The notes beneath the pieces are model-generated. The model was not told the origin of the DNA and did no database searches. It saw only the letters and a list, made by a program, of their open reading frames with translations. This document shows positions 38,714-53,263 of a stretch of 64,000 nucleotides of DNA, in pieces (the first letter of the stretch is position 1; each line of letters begins with the position of its first letter). This DNA comes from Octopus sinensis (taxonomy: Eukaryota): the NCBI RefSeq assembly GCF_006345805.1, contig NC_043003.1, positions 103,850,001 through 103,914,000 of the forward strand, given 5' to 3'. The position numbers were made by a program, and so were the translations under genes.

Positions 38714-41700
38714 TGTACGCATACACATATCCATCCATAGAGAAGGTAGTTTCTCTGGTTAGCGATTACATCTCGTACCGCCATCCATAGTTTCAAGAAG
38801 TCCTAACACTCCCCTAATAATCCTCCACACCTCTTACTACTTCCTTTCGGTTTAACTTCCCTTGCTGACATCTCCGTCGGCAGGAAAGCGATCGTTGCTC
38901 CCCAGGTAGGTATGCTTCGTTCTCTTAATCTACCCTCATTTGTATTTACAGTCCTGTTGCATACCAATTATACTAAACCTATTAACTACCAAACATTTGC
39001 CACACGCATCCATCGCGTCTTCTCAGCCGATGACGAAGTCTGTGGCTTTGTTTTCTCAGATGTTTGTGTTGATGGTGGACGGAGAGATTTGTTGCTGAGC
39101 TTTTAATTACAGCAGACTAGAGAAATCACACAACACACTTTTAAATGTGATAGTATAAAATAAAGATCTCCGCCATCAGACAGAGGTGGTTTTCTTTTGC
39201 CACTCTGCCGACTAAGAATTTAACCGTAAGTTATTAATCTAGTCTATGCGGGTTCGAATGGTGTTGAAGTCATTCATTTAAATTAGTGAAACATTTCAAT
39301 TAACCACCCCCACTATTTTCTTTTCTGGCCCACTATGAAATGTTCGTAGAGCTTTCAATATAAATCTGTCTTGGATTACTGTAATCTTTTCACTAAAAAA
39401 TTTAATCCCGTTAATATTCTCGCATTGTTTTAAAACTCTCCTATAAAATATACTCAACGACCTTCCCCCTTTTTATTACAGTTTCTCCTTTATTATTCTG
39501 TTTATTGGCCTCATTATTGTTGTTGTTAAACTGTATATGAGTGCATTTGTTGTTGTCGATGATGATTCTTTATATGTTTTCATTCGAGCAGAGTATTTTA
39601 ACCTTCATCTTTCTTTTCCGTTAACGATCAAATGGTCGTATTTCCTCCTCCGCGTGTCCCTCTATGTATTTTTATTACTGTTCATTATTATTGCAGTACC
39701 TTTTGCCTGGAGATTGCCCTAACCTTTCTCTCTCTCTCTCAGCAATTACAATTATTGCGGAAAGGCTGGCAACAACGATTGCTACTCCGCTGCACACTCC
39801 ACTCCCACCAATTCTCTGATCAAAGCAACTTCCATGTTCGATGCCTTCCAAGTTGGCCAGACTTGTTTATTTGATCATTCTCACCAATTTCTGTACATAA
39901 TACTCAACACAAGGGGAGGTGGACGGTAGGTCATTTAGGCATTGTAACATCTATTTTATATCACTGACCATACAAAGATAGTTTATCTCTCCCGCCCACC
40001 ATTCTTCACATTCTCATGTCTCTTTTTGTTTTTTCACCTAAGGTCGGTACCGTTGTATTTCGTATGGATCCAACCAACGAAAATAACCGACCGGACATAG
40101 CAGAGGCATATACATCTTTAATTAAACCAAAAAAAAAAAAAAAAAAAAACAATGTAAAAAAACACTTCACTCTATTGAAGTTAAATAAGCAAGTGTTTTA
40201 GTGTGGTACACACATGACTCAGTGGTCCAGTATCTATCTCCACCACCAGACCTCGTGGATAATACACACTCACGTCCCCGTTTTTCTAAAGATTAGCTTT
40301 TATCCTCCACATTTTCTCAATATCTTGTCTGTGTCTACTATCATCAGCTCTAGGGTTCAGGAAATTTTCTTCTCGGCCACCGGAATCCTGGTACTCTGTC
40401 TTACTGTACACACACTTTATTAACAACGCATTTTTGCATTATCAATCATGGGTTTTAAGAATCTATCACGAATTTCTTTGCATTCGTTTGCTCACTACGA
40501 ATTTAACACGTCGATCTCATCATCTGATACCCCTGTGACAAATAATAGAAATCATTACGATAGCAGGATGGTGAGAAGAGATTCCCACTTTAGGATTGCG
40601 GCATCATGGACGGTCAATTCCTCAAGTTCAAAGCCATTGAAAGTTGCTTTCCCTTTTCTCTATTAGTTATAATAATGGTTTTGTTTTCAAGTGATGCCAC
40701 TTCCACATTTTTATAAAAGGCGGATGTAGTTGATTGCACCGACTTAGTTACTTAACTGTTTTTCTTTTATCAACTGTGGAAGGATTTGAACTCAAAATGT
40801 AGCGGAAGGCATCTAGGCACTGTCGTTCCACTCACTAACCTTCGCAGAGTTATTAACAACAATAATAATTAATTCTTTATTTGCCACAAGGGCGATATTA
40901 AGGGGATATTAATGATAGTGATTTCTAACTTTGGTACAAGACCCTCACATTTTGGAGGAAGAATATAGTCATTTAAATCGCCCCTACTACCTGATTGGTA
41001 TTTTATCTTTGGAAGGGTCGTTAAAGCGTCCGATAAAATGCGTTTCGGTATTTCTATCCTGCTCTTTACGTTCCGGTTTCAAATCACGCTGAGCTCAACT
41101 TTGCCCCTCTTCCTTTCAGGATCGATAAAATGAAGCAACAGTCAGGTATTGGGCTCGATGCTTTCTGTTTATATGTAAAAACAGTTATTTTATCAACGTG
41201 TGTTTGATGAAAGGTGATGTCGACCCCAGCGAAATATGAACTTAGAATGTAAAGGGGCATAACTAAAATACTGGGTGACATCAAGTGCTCTACTCTATTT
41301 CTGCCAACTCACCACTCAATAATTGTAATGGACGGGGGCAGTCTATAAAAGATAGACAACTAAATTTATACACTATTAGTCTGTTAGATTACGGCCTGTA
41401 TTATTTACGTTTCAAATAATCTATAGAAGCAATAAATAATTGAGCAGAAAAATCCCTCCGAAAAGTAATTTGAACCTCTTAACCAACTTCGAACAATTTT
41501 ATGCGTAAAAATCTAACTGGGCTTTTAATGATTGGATTTAGTCGGTTATTTGTAGCAGATTACCGATGATAGATGTTATTAATTAGACCGTTACTATATC
41601 TACTTTAAACAGCTGCCATACTCGATATTATAAATATACTGCAACCATTATTGGCTAAACGAAAATTTTACTGGGCGGGGTGGCATGAAGGCTCCTTAAT

Positions 41701-43150
41701 CCCAGCATTTTCACCTAGTTGGTTGGTCCCATTTGTTAATGGACTCAGGTAATGCCAGGTTTAATAGTGCTATTTTGTCGGTTTATTTAATGGCTATAAC
41801 TGCATTAAGAGTTGAATATTCAAGGCTGCTTCGGGGCAAAATACTTTTCTACTTTAACATTAGCCCCTCCCGTCCCCTTTTCATCCACTTATCTGCCCAC
41901 TACTTTTTGTTCTTTCTCTCTCTCTCCACCTGACCTGCCTAAATTCTTTTCTCCCTTTTCGTTTCTCTCTTTCTCACTCTCACCACTCTCCTTTTCTTTC
42001 TCCATCATCTCATATATCTCTTAATCTCCCTCTCACTTCCACCCTATCGCTTCATAACTTTCTTTCCTCATCTCCTCTTTTACCACGTCGCCACCTCTCT
42101 CTTTTACCTCACCCTTTTTTTTTATCTCTCTCTTTTATCAAGTCACATCTCTCTTTACCTCACCCTCCATCTTACCCCCCTCCGTCTTATTAACTCTCCC
42201 GCTCTGTTTCCTCACCCTTTTCCCTTATCACCCCTTCTATCGTACCTCACCCTCTATTACAAGTTAATTACTATCTGAAACTGATTTCCGGCAATGTATG
42301 CGTGCGTGCGTGTTTTCTTCCCTCACTCCACTTGCATGTAGGTTGGTAGGGACCAGATTGTGCTTCTGGGAAGGAAATACAACCTTGAAACACCCAACTG
42401 TAGCTTTTCCCTCGTAACGTTGCTCGGCTCCTTGGCCGTAATTAAACAATATCAGCTATTGTTGTCAGCTGTTATTTAGCATGGTTTGGGGAATATAAAA
42501 TCCAGCGAGGATCCAGTTGCTTATAAATAAGGTACCTTAACGTTATTAGGTAAACCACATCGATTAGTCCCTCTTTCGCAACGTATTTGATACTTATTTC
42601 TCTGAAGCCAAACTTTCTAGATTAGAGATTGATTCTATCTGTTGAGTAAATTGAACCGCGTATTCCTTTCTTACCAGGGATATATTCTCCCTCCACATTG
42701 TTATAAGAAGTCGTTTCGTTGGTTCCTTCACCCTCATTTACTGCTTAGAAGTAATGTAGACTGAGTTAGATTGTTTCTTTCAAAAAAAAGGAGAGAGAGA
42801 GAAAAACTAGTTGCCAACGTACGAAAGAAAATCATTACCTATTGAACGCGGGCATAGACGTATAGTTAAGAAATTCGTTTCGCAACTTTGTGCTTCAGAG
42901 TTCGATTCCAGTGCGCGACATCTTGAGCAGATATCTTTTACAGTACGCTTTCGTTGAAAAATGGTTTTGTGGGTGGAATTTAGTCGACCGAAACTGAGGG
43001 AAGTTATCGCGTGTATGTGTTTATGTATTGTTTGTAGCATCACCGTTTAATGTCTTTTCCATGCGTACAGAGGTGAAACGGAATTTGTTGTCACCAACTC
43101 TCGACCTGGAAACAAACATCGCTTGTATGACGGTGATGCTCGTTTACAAC
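38620..43150. promoter_or_regulatory. Relatively CpG-retaining, TE-poor region; candidate promoter or first-exon zone
   Basis: CpG visibly more frequent than in the flanks (not counted). Donor-like CAG|GTAGGT at 38906. ATTGG (41650) next to GGGCGGGG (41673). CT-rich tract at about 41890-42260. Confidence 0.35.
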
Positions 43151-43649
43151 AAACCGTGTCGCTAAGTCACAAGAATAGACACACATACATCATCATCATT
43201 TAACGCCCGTTTCAGTTTCTCTCTACCAAACCCACTCGTAAGGCTTTGATTGGTGTGGCCCTTCAGTAGAAGCCACCTTTGGTGTCACACAGTGGGACTG
43301 AACCCAAGACCACATGGTTGGGAAGCAAGCTTGCTTCTCAACCACACAGTCACACAAGTATCTATGTGGAGTTATAAGCAAAGTAGTGGAGATATATATG
43401 GACAACAGTGTTGTATACACCCAGGCCTGTCTAGTATCATATGTGCCATCTGTGACCATATTGTTTTCCCTTTTTTTTTGTTGTTTGATTTTCAGTCATA
43501 GAATATCAAGGATTTGGACTACGTCATCTAATGTGTCCTTCCTTGTTTATGACATTAAAATGAGACTTGGTTTATATTTTTAGCAGCTTGAGAAACTTAG
43601 GTAAAGCTCCCTCATTGCTACTGTTATTGTTTAACTTGTGCTGTGATGC

Positions 43650-43845
43650 ATAAAAGGCACATATGCTGGTGACAGGTAAAGGACACCCAGCACACTCTGT
43701 GGAGTGGTCGGCAGTAGGAAAGGCAGCCAACTGTAGAAACTAAGCCAAAACCGACTGGGGCCTGATGCAGCACTCCGGCTTTCCAGTCTGGTCAAACTCT
43801 AGCTCATGCCAGCATGGAAAATGGATGCTGAATGATGATGATGAC
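43650..43845 (+). mobile_element. RTE 3'-UTR repeat (diverged)
   Basis: Core and (ATG)n tail. Confidence 0.75.
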
Positions 43846-45798
43846 AGGTCAGCCCTGATGCAGCAGATCTCAGTGGTGATCAATATTGTATCCAGCACCT
43901 TGTTATCTAATGTGTCCTTCCATGATTAAGAGACTAGAGGAAATTTGACTGCTACTCCTTGTAGGTTGATTGAACAATAAGAGGCATCCTCATTGGATTG
44001 TCAGCATGTGTTTTAAGGACGTGGAAAGAAAGTGGTAATTAGGAACTGTACTTAAATGATGGAGGCAATGGAATTGTGACCAAAATGTATGGTGTTTGTT
44101 TACATTTTGTGTGGCATAGATGATTCCTCTTATATGGTACAGTACAGTGTTTCTCATGGGAAAAGGCCTGTGATAAAGCGGAGCAGACTGCATCATCATC
44201 ACCATTGTTGACTAATGTCCACATTTCCATTGTTGCATGAATCAAACAGATTTTCTACAGCTCCCTGTTACCAACCAAGCAAAGGAATATATTTCCCTCA
44301 TGCCCAGACATGATTTTCACAGAATACTGGAAATAAACAACATTGCTTATATGACGGTAATGCTCATTTACAACTGTTACATGAGCTACAGACAAGGGTG
44401 CACACATGTGCAAGAGTGCATTTTGCACCAAAAGCCAATATGAGAGTTTCTCTCTTGGTATCTTCCGCAGTATAGTTTGTTCTAACAGAACATTCGTGTT
44501 TAAGTGGGAATAAATATTACATCTCGGTATCAATACTTGCTCTGTTGCTAATATATATTTTTATACACTTATAAAGTCCCAGCTGACCAAAGCCTTGTCA
44601 TGGATTTGGAAAAATATATATATATATATATATATATTCTCCCAAATCCACTCATAAGACTATGGTCAGCCAGGGCTATAGTAGAAGACACTTACTGAAG
44701 GTGCCATGCATTAGAACTGAACCCAAGATCACATGTCCAACACCATGCATGACAAAGAAAGAAGGATTATGTGAATGCAAATTTTATCTTCTCATTAATG
44801 GAAATAGGGGGAAGAAGTATTTCACTAAAATTTGGGTGGGGTGCTTGTTTTTGTATGAGAGCCAGTTGTTCTCAGACTGGCTGTAATGTGGTCATATCGT
44901 TTTAAAATTTTAAAGCTTGCATGGCTGAATCCATCCATTATCTGATGGAAGGTCAGCATTTTCTGTCCTGCTTCCAAGTGCTACACAGTGACCATGATCG
45001 GCTCATTTATGTCTAAACATCCTTTTCGAGATAAAATTCTCTGCTGTAGGAAACCACAGTTTCTTGACTGATACTATCTTTAACCTTTCAATGAAACTGC
45101 ATCCTGTTTCCACTTCATCCCTTCCTTTCAAAACCACCTGTATTCAAACTTGAATGGAAACCTCAATAATTACTTCAGTTAAAGTTGTTACAGGGCAAAA
45201 TTTCCATCATAGTTTCATATAAGAACCCTTTTTTAAAGTTATGTACCAAACAACTATTTAATACAATCCGTCCATTAAACAAGTAAAAAGTTACTGCTAA
45301 AATTCCTCCAAAGTTTTGGTTATTTTGAATTCTCTCTAATGCTGGTATAGAATGCACCCAGTACTGGTTGTAATGTAGTTGGTAAATGACTAAAGAATGC
45401 AAAGGGTTCCGAGTTCCCTTTTATTCAACCGCTTTAGTGTTGGTAGCACAAGAAAACACACCCAATATATAGTGTAAAGTGTTTGGCAATAGAAAGGGCA
45501 TCCAGCCATAGAAACGAATTCAAGTAACACATATGAGAACAAGTCTGTGGAAACGGTCACTCCCAATAAGAAAAGACCTGTCCAACCTATGTCTGCACAG
45601 AAAGCAGATGCAAAATGACGGTAATGATATAAAAACACTGACACACATAGGCAATGCATTCTAGTTACAATTTTACAAAAATATTGTCTCAAAAGCAAAT
45701 AAGACATACTAGAGAAGGAGAATGACTGAGTAATGGTGGTGGTGGTGGTAGAGGTGACAAATCTCTGACAGCTGCATTTTACATTTGTTAACCTTTAA

Positions 45799-46158
45799 CC
45801 CTTTAGCATTCAAATTACTTTGTCAAATGTAATGCTTATTTATTCACATTGTTTTGAATTAATCAGGCGTTACCTCGTAGCTTTGAGACTTTGGTGATGA
45901 AAAACAGAATTCTTGGGCTGGATGTGGCCAGTTTAATCCTTTAGCATTCAGCTTACTCTCTCAAATATAATGCTTATTTATTCACATTTTTATGAATTAA
46001 TCAAGCATTGCTTTTCTATCTTTGAGATTTCAGTGATGTGATTGTTCATTATTTTATGACATTGCAAGGTAGGTGTAACAGGCTGGATCTCAGTTCAGTT
46101 TGAACATAAAACAGGTCGAATATTTGGGCTGGATATGACCAGTTTAAATGCTAAAGGG
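45799..46158. mobile_element. piggyBac-like non-autonomous element with internal duplication. Related copies at about 5215-5440, 19880-20080 and 50130-50345.
   Basis: TTAA|CCCTTTAGCATT ... AATGCTAAAGGG|TTAA. Confidence 0.82.
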
Positions 46159-48000
46159 TTAATAAAAATGATTTTTGGATGGATCCTGTGTTCTGTACTT
46201 CAGTAGACTTTGAGAAAGCTGTTATAGTATACAAAAGGTCTAAATATTGAATGAAGATATATATATATGCTTAGTACACAGTTGTTTTGTACATTTGGTG
46301 AACTTTGCTTGTATTGACCTTTATCACAGAACTGACCAAGTATCTGTGGCTATATTGTCTTAAAATTTTATGAGTAGCCAAAGAAGTTCATTATCAAACA
46401 ACCGTCTGGAAAGTCAGCAATTTTGTCCTCCATTCCATTGTGAAATGATGTCCATGATTAACTCACTTATCTCTTAACAGCCAAATGAGTTACAACTCGC
46501 TGTTGTAGGTAACCACCTTTTCTTGGCCAGTTGTACTGAGTTATACGTATCCTATAGAAAAATTCCCTCTGATAATATTAAATCATTTTCAGCGAGAGTG
46601 TTGTCTTTCATTCTTTTTACACTACAGAAATTAGTCCTGTACATTTTTGTGTCTAAGGAAGTAGTGAGGGCTTTTTTGAGGGAGATTTGGTTCTCATTGA
46701 GCATGCTGAGTGACTATGCAGACATTCCTTTGTTGTTCCAATGAAAAGATTAAAGCATAAGCATGTCCTTGATAGCTTGGTTCCTTATTGTCATCATTAA
46801 AACCTGAAAGAGTTTGTAAATGGATGCCTGTAAGAAAGGATAATTTTCACAACCTGAGTCTCAGTAACACTGTTGTTGCCATACATCTGTTAATACACTT
46901 TTTTGTTTCAGTTATTTTTGAACATAAATGAAGAATTTACTACAATAATTTTCCCATTTTAAGATTGTACTTTAAACATAAATTAATATGAAATTTTAAT
47001 GGTGAGTCTTAATTTAGATTACTCTAAAAAGAACAAGTTTGTCATAGAGGTTGTCTTAATTATTGGTATCAAAAGGGTTACTAAATCAATCCAGGTATTC
47101 TAAATATAATTTTTAAAAATTTTATTGGAAAGAATTAAAGAGTTAATTTGCAATGATAACATTAGAGAAAGGTTGAGCAAGTAATTGAGCATAAAAAATT
47201 AAAAGTATCAATTGTCAGTTTTCTGAAGAGACCATGGCATAGCTGACATCTGATAATTGAAGAAGTACTGGGTGTTGCGAGTCATAGATGTACACAGTAA
47301 GGGTACACCAACAAGACCTAAGAGGAGAGAGAGAGAGAATGGATCTTTGGTTAGGTCTGATGCGTATGAAAAGTTACGTAGAACATTGATTTGAAGTCCA
47401 GTTTAAGTCGTGCCAACATGGACATGTGTACATGACACCTATGATAAACAAATGGACACAATATGTTAATACCTTCGTTTTCAGCTAGCTGATTTATATT
47501 ATTATTATTTTTGTTTCCCCACCCCCCACCACATACATACATGGTCAGCCCTGATGAAGTTGACCTGTAATGAAAGGAATTTTAGCCATGATCATCCCAC
47601 TCTTTTGTATATCCAGGACTACATTGTCTAATATGTCTTTTGTTTTTAAGATGACACTGTTATTTGAAGGCTATGTGGCTGTTATTTTTAACCAGGCAAG
47701 TAACTTCTTAGAGGCTCTCATTGGTTCAACTGACTAATGTATGTTTGTCAAAGATATAAACTGGATGTGTCTGCAAAACATTTGTTTGATTTGAAGTATC
47801 CTGTCTCATATTGTCTTCCTATTATGTGATGTACCTTTAAAGAAATAACAGCTTTAGCATTTCCCATTTGTATTGTTTGAAATGTTCTGAAACAGCACAA
47901 TTAAATGGTACATTTCTTTATATTTCAGTGCCAAGCGCAACTTGCTGAAGTATCAGACCTATAACTCAGTGATCATTAAAGAGAGATTCACCTCTGCAAA

Positions 48001-48720
48001 ATGGAATTGTTGCCAGATTCTGAAGCTGAGCCATACTACTGTGGAGTCTGTGGCAAAGAATTTCTTGTTCATGCGTTATTGGAGAAACACTTGAAAACCC
48101 ATACAGTAGAGAGACGTTTCTCTTGTGACATCTGCGGGAAAGACTTCTTGAAAAACTCTCACCTGACAAGACACATAAGAACACACACGGGTGAGAAGCC
48201 TTTCCACTGTGACATCTGCGGCAAGGATTTCTCCGAGAATTACACCTTAAAAAACCACATAAAAACTCATACTGGAGAGAAACCTTTTCATTGTGATATA
48301 TGTGACAAGGATTTTACTGAAAGATCCACATTGAAAAAACACCTGAGGATTCACACCGGGGAAAAGCCTTACCATTGCACGTTGTGTGGGGACAGCTTTA
48401 CGGACCATTCCACTTTAAGATGTCACCTGAAGAAACACACAAGAGAAGAGAAATCATTCCAGTGCGAGACCTGTAGCAAGAATTTCACTACTAAAGCCGC
48501 TTTGAAAGGCCACATTCGAATACATAAGAAGGAGAAAACGTTTCCTTGCAAGGAATGTGGGAAAGAATTCTCACTTAGCCTCCAATTAAAGGCACACATG
48601 AAAACACACGCCAAACCTGAGCCACAGCTGAAATCGAATATTTTACGCTGTAAGATATGCGGGGACAACTTTCTGGACAATGTTGCTTTAACAAGTCATC
48701 TAAGAATACATAGAGACTAA
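48001..48720 (+). CDS. C2H2 zinc-finger protein, 239 aa, 8 fingers, no recognisable effector domain
   Basis: Eight CxxC-x12-HxxxH units, three perfect TGEKP linkers, intact ORF. In-frame upstream TAA at 47977-47979 supports the ATG at 48001. Candidate 5'UTR acceptor catttctttatatttcag ends at 47928. Confidence 0.95.
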   Translation: MELLPDSEAEPYYCGVCGKEFLVHALLEKHLKTHTVERRFSCDICGKDFLKNSHLTRHIRTHTGEKPFHCDICGKDFSENYTLKNHIKTHTGEKPFHCDICDKDFTERSTLKKHLRIHTGEKPYHCTLCGDSFTDHSTLRCHLKKHTREEKSFQCETCSKNFTTKAALKGHIRIHKKEKTFPCKECGKEFSLSLQLKAHMKTHAKPEPQLKSNILRCKICGDNFLDNVALTSHLRIHRD

Positions 48721-49044
48721 TTTGTGTTTTTATTTGGGCTGAAAGATGGTATAAGTTTTTTTTTTAAATTAATATTTTCTTTTGTATTTCAACTCAATAA
48801 TAATGATGATAATAATAATAATATTTCAAAGAAAATTTGATTTAACATTTTTTATTGCAAATTTTTTTGTCTCCATAGATTACTTTCCCTTCCATAGAGG
48901 AATGAAGCTATTTAACCCAGTATTTCATGAGAGAAGTAAATAGAATTTGTCAGAATAACAAGTCACCCTTGTCCTTGACATAACACTGCTCATGACAAAA
49001 ACAAGGATAATTTTTAATGTAGGCACAAGGCCATAATATATTAA

Positions 49045-49265
49045 CCCTTTCATTACCAGCCCGGCCAAAACCGGCTCTGACTCTGTAGTACAAATGTCTT
49101 GTTTTCATAAGTTTTGCATTAAAGTATACCACCAAACCTTAGTCGCAATTTATATACCTAACACTAGCTGAATGATAACTGAGTTATTTTACTAAATTCT
49201 TTGTTATATTTAAAATAATTGAAAGACACACAGAGCATCTCAAAATAAATACAGTAACAAAAGGG
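49045..49265. mobile_element. piggyBac-like MITE
   Basis: TTAA|CCCTTT ... AAAGGG|TTAA. Same family as 58651-58859 and 59599-59820. Confidence 0.88.
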
Positions 49266-50477
49266 TTAAAGAGATTTCTAGTCAATAAAACTAACTTCAG
49301 TTTATCCAGGACCACTAAGAATTAACAGTCATAAGGTATATAACGAAATACTACAGGGCATTTTGTCTACCACTCTGATGGTTCTGCCATCCAGTTCATT
49401 CATTTTTACATCTGTTATTTTTTTAAAACCAGTGTGGACAAGAGGCTTATATTATTGAAGTACTAAGTAATAGTTGAATACCCTTTCTGTTGATAAGCTT
49501 CACCTATTTTAAAAGTAAGGGACTGTGTGCCTGTGTATGTATGCATGCACAGCGCGCGTGCGGTTCTTTCAGTTTCTGTACCAGATCAACTCCTAAGGCT
49601 TTGGTCAGCCTGACTCTTATAACAGAAGACACTTTCCCAAGGTGCTGCATGCATGGACTGAACCTGGAAGCATGTGGTTGGGAAGTGAACTTCTCAACCA
49701 ACATCCATGCTTGCACCTGTGTTCTTAATAATAATAAGGACAATTTCTTACACACTGAAAAACCACAGGTTGTGGTGAGAGAGGTGTTATCAGTTGAAAC
49801 AAGTGTATTACTGGTACTTATTAAATTAAAGCCTAGCAGGATTTGAACTGAAAATATATAGGGATGTAACTTTATACCTCAAGGTATTATTAGTTCACAA
49901 CTTGATCAATTTCGATCATGCCCAATATTCATAATAATAATAATATCTTAAATTGATGCAACACAAATGTGTAGGAGTGTGGCATAGTTGATTGAATTCT
50001 CAATATATTACTGATATTTTTTTATTAACTCTAATGGGATGAAAAACAAAAGCTACCATAACAAAAGGTGAATTCAGACCATAAATAACTACCACATTTA
50101 ATTCAAAATTCTACTGATTCTAATATTTACTGCCTTAATCCTTAAGTATTTAAACTGGCCATATCTGACCCAAATAATCTACCTGTTTCATGTTCAAACT
50201 GGCTAGATATGCTTATGCATACAGTGTTCTAAAATCAATCACATTGCCAAAATTTTGAAGCTATGAGACACTATGATTTATTCAAAACAATGGGAATAAA
50301 TAAGCATTATATTTGATAGAGCAGTCTGAATACTAGAGAGTTAATTATATTCTTTAACTGGCATAAAGGCTAAAGAAAGGAGGTTATGGTGATCAGATTG
50401 ACACTTATTCAGCGTAAAGCCTCTTACTGTTGGACACTCAAGACAACTGATACCTTTTCTTCATATCTTGATAGAAT

Positions 50478-50960
50478 CATCATCATCATCATTGTTTAAC
50501 GTCCGCTTTCCATGCTAGCATGGGTTGGACGGTTTGACTGTGGGCTGGCGAACCAGATGGCTTCACCAAGCTCCAGTCTTGATCTGGCAGAGTTTCTACA
50601 GCTGGATGCCCTTCCTAACGCTAACCACTCCGAGAGTATAGTGGGTGCTTTTACGTGCCACTGGCACGGGGGGCAGTACTGGCAACGACTTCACTCAATT
50701 TTTTTACAGGTGCCAGTAAGGCGAAGCTGGCAACAATCACACTCGAATGGTGCCTCCTACATGCCACCGGCACGGAAGCCAGTTGGCTGCTCTGGCAACG
50801 ATCACGCTCGGATGGTGCTCTTAGCACCCTACTAGCACGGGGCACAAGTGCCAGTAAGGCGACGCTGGTAACGATCACACTCGAATGGTGCCTCTTATGT
50901 GCCACTGACATCGAAGCCAGTTAGCCGTTCTGTCAACGATCACGCTCGTATGGTGCTCGT
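50478..50960 (-). mobile_element. RTE 3'-UTR repeat, long variant
   Basis: (CAT)n, core and tandem subunits. Confidence 0.88.
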
Positions 50961-51414
50961 GCCTCTCATCAAATTTCACTTTGATTTTGAGAAAAAATTT
51001 TTACATTTATGACTTATGATTGAATCATGGGCAATGTTGTATGGTGATTATTCACTCAGAGCATATGTACTGTGCTACCATGTTGAACCAACTACGCGGC
51101 CATGAGTATTATTCAGAAATAAACACAAGGACATCATTATCTCTAAGTGTATATTATTAGATCATCATCATCATAATTTTAATGTCCACTTTTCTGTGTT
51201 TGCATGGATTTGATGGAGTTCATTGTGGGAGATTTTCTACGACCGAATATCTTGCCTGTCTCCAACCCCCACCTGTTTCTAAGCAGAGTAATATTTCTCC
51301 ATGGCCAGACAGGTTTTCATAGAATACTGGAAATAAACAACACTGCTAGAATGATGGTGAGACTCATTTACAACTATCATGTGATGTCCAAGACAAGGAC
51401 ACACACACACACTG

Positions 51415-51449
<35 letters not shown>

Positions 51450-52077
51450 AACTAACAAAGAAACAACTGGTTTCTTTCAGCTTCTATCTACCAATTCTAC
51501 TCAAAGCTTCAATCAGTCCAGGGCTGTAGTAGAAGATACTTTGCACAACATTTCACACTGTGAGTGGGACTCAACCTCAAACCATGTGGTTAGGAAGTAC
51601 ATTTCCTAACTACAGCCACGTCTATACCATGTAAACAAGTTACTACCAGATTGTATCCTACTGAAAGAACAGAATTATTATGAAGAAACCAATTTCAGTT
51701 AATGAATTTATACATGGAACTTTACGAACTCGGGATGCATTATGGTGACCTGTTGTTCACTCCATGCTATATCATGTCACAACTAGCTGTGCGTTGTGTC
51801 CCCTGCTATCTCAGAGCAACTACTAGAATATTTCATTCACAGAAGACAGAAAAAAAAAAGGGGAGTCTTCCTTAATGATGCATGAGAATATTATTGAATA
51901 AGTTGAATTTTTATGAATTTATTAGCACACAACCTTCTCAGTATACATCTATGGTCAAAGAGAAAGAATTTAGAAAAATAACCAAATATGGTAAAAACTT
52001 GGGGAGCAGGATCTGATGTTAAACCAGGAATGTGGTAAAACCAAATCCAAAGATTTGAGTCTTCAATGATGTGACAG

Positions 52078-52473
52078 TCATCATCATCATCATCATCATC
52101 ATCATTTAATGTCCGCTTTCCATGCTAGCATGGGTTGGACGATTTGACTGAGGTCTGATCTGGCAGAGTTTCTACAGCTGGATACCCTTCCTAACGCCAA
52201 CCACTCCGAGAGTGTAGTGGGTGATTTTATGTGCCAACGGCACGAGGGCCAGTTTGGTGGTACTGGCAACGGCCATGCCCAAATGGTGCTTTTTACGTGC
52301 CACCTGCGCAGGAGCCAGTTCAGTGCCACTGGCGATGACTTCGCTTGAATGTTTCACGTGCCACCAGCACAAGTGCTAGTAAGGCGACGCGGTAACAATC
52401 ACACTCGAATGGTGTGCTTAACGTGCCATCGGCACGAAGGCCAGCTTGTTGCTCTGACAACGATCTCACTCAC
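52078..52473 (-). mobile_element. RTE 3'-UTR repeat
   Basis: (CAT)n, core and subunits. Confidence 0.88.
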
Positions 52474-53263
52474 AATGATACTTATAATAATAATTTCTAA
52501 ACATTGTTCAGCAAAACTTTGTAAGGCATTGCCTACAGCCTAAGGGCTGAAACCAGTAAAAGAATAAAATAGGTACTAGGCTACATGGTTTGGAGAAAGT
52601 TATGTAGGGATATGTACGACCGTACGTAAGGAGGTTGGTGACAAGGTCTCCTCTTTTGCGCCGCACGATCGCATCCTAACATAATAATAAGTGAAGCCAT
52701 AATACATGGATATATTATACAGTGCCAAAGGAAATGAATGAAGGATGACAAGCCGTTCTAGATGCTAACCAATCAGATCAGTGGACACAACAGGGTTAAT
52801 CTAGCCAAAGATGGTTGTAATCTCAAACGAGATCATTCCTAAGGTTTTTCTCAAACAGTGAGGATATCAATATTGCTACAGTTGATTATATACTTCAAAT
52901 ACTCTTCTTTTCGCAGTTTCTTCATGCCTGATGATCAACATGAGAAAGAGTGGCACATCTTCTGGTTATGTAAACCAATCCTTGATGCTGCAGGCCTTTT
53001 TTTCCTGCCTGCCCTTAATTTCAAAGTGAGAATCAGTCCATGCAATCAGGTTCCATTCTTTAGACCTGGTGGCCTGACCACAGTGGCTCAATGGGCTAAG
53101 ATGGCTGCAGTGACCAGCATGCTGAGTTTTACATTAGAGATCTTCTTACAGAGCTGGAGAGCTCCACCTACTCTGGAGTTCCCAAAGGGTATCAAAGAGG
53201 GCACCAGACTTGATTTGTTGTTGTTTACTCCTAGCTTTTCCTTTCCCAAGAAGTTTGCCAATG

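Noticed and set aside
48423-48680. Antisense ORF inside the ZNF CDS
   Set aside because: Expected shadow ORF of a repetitive coding sequence.
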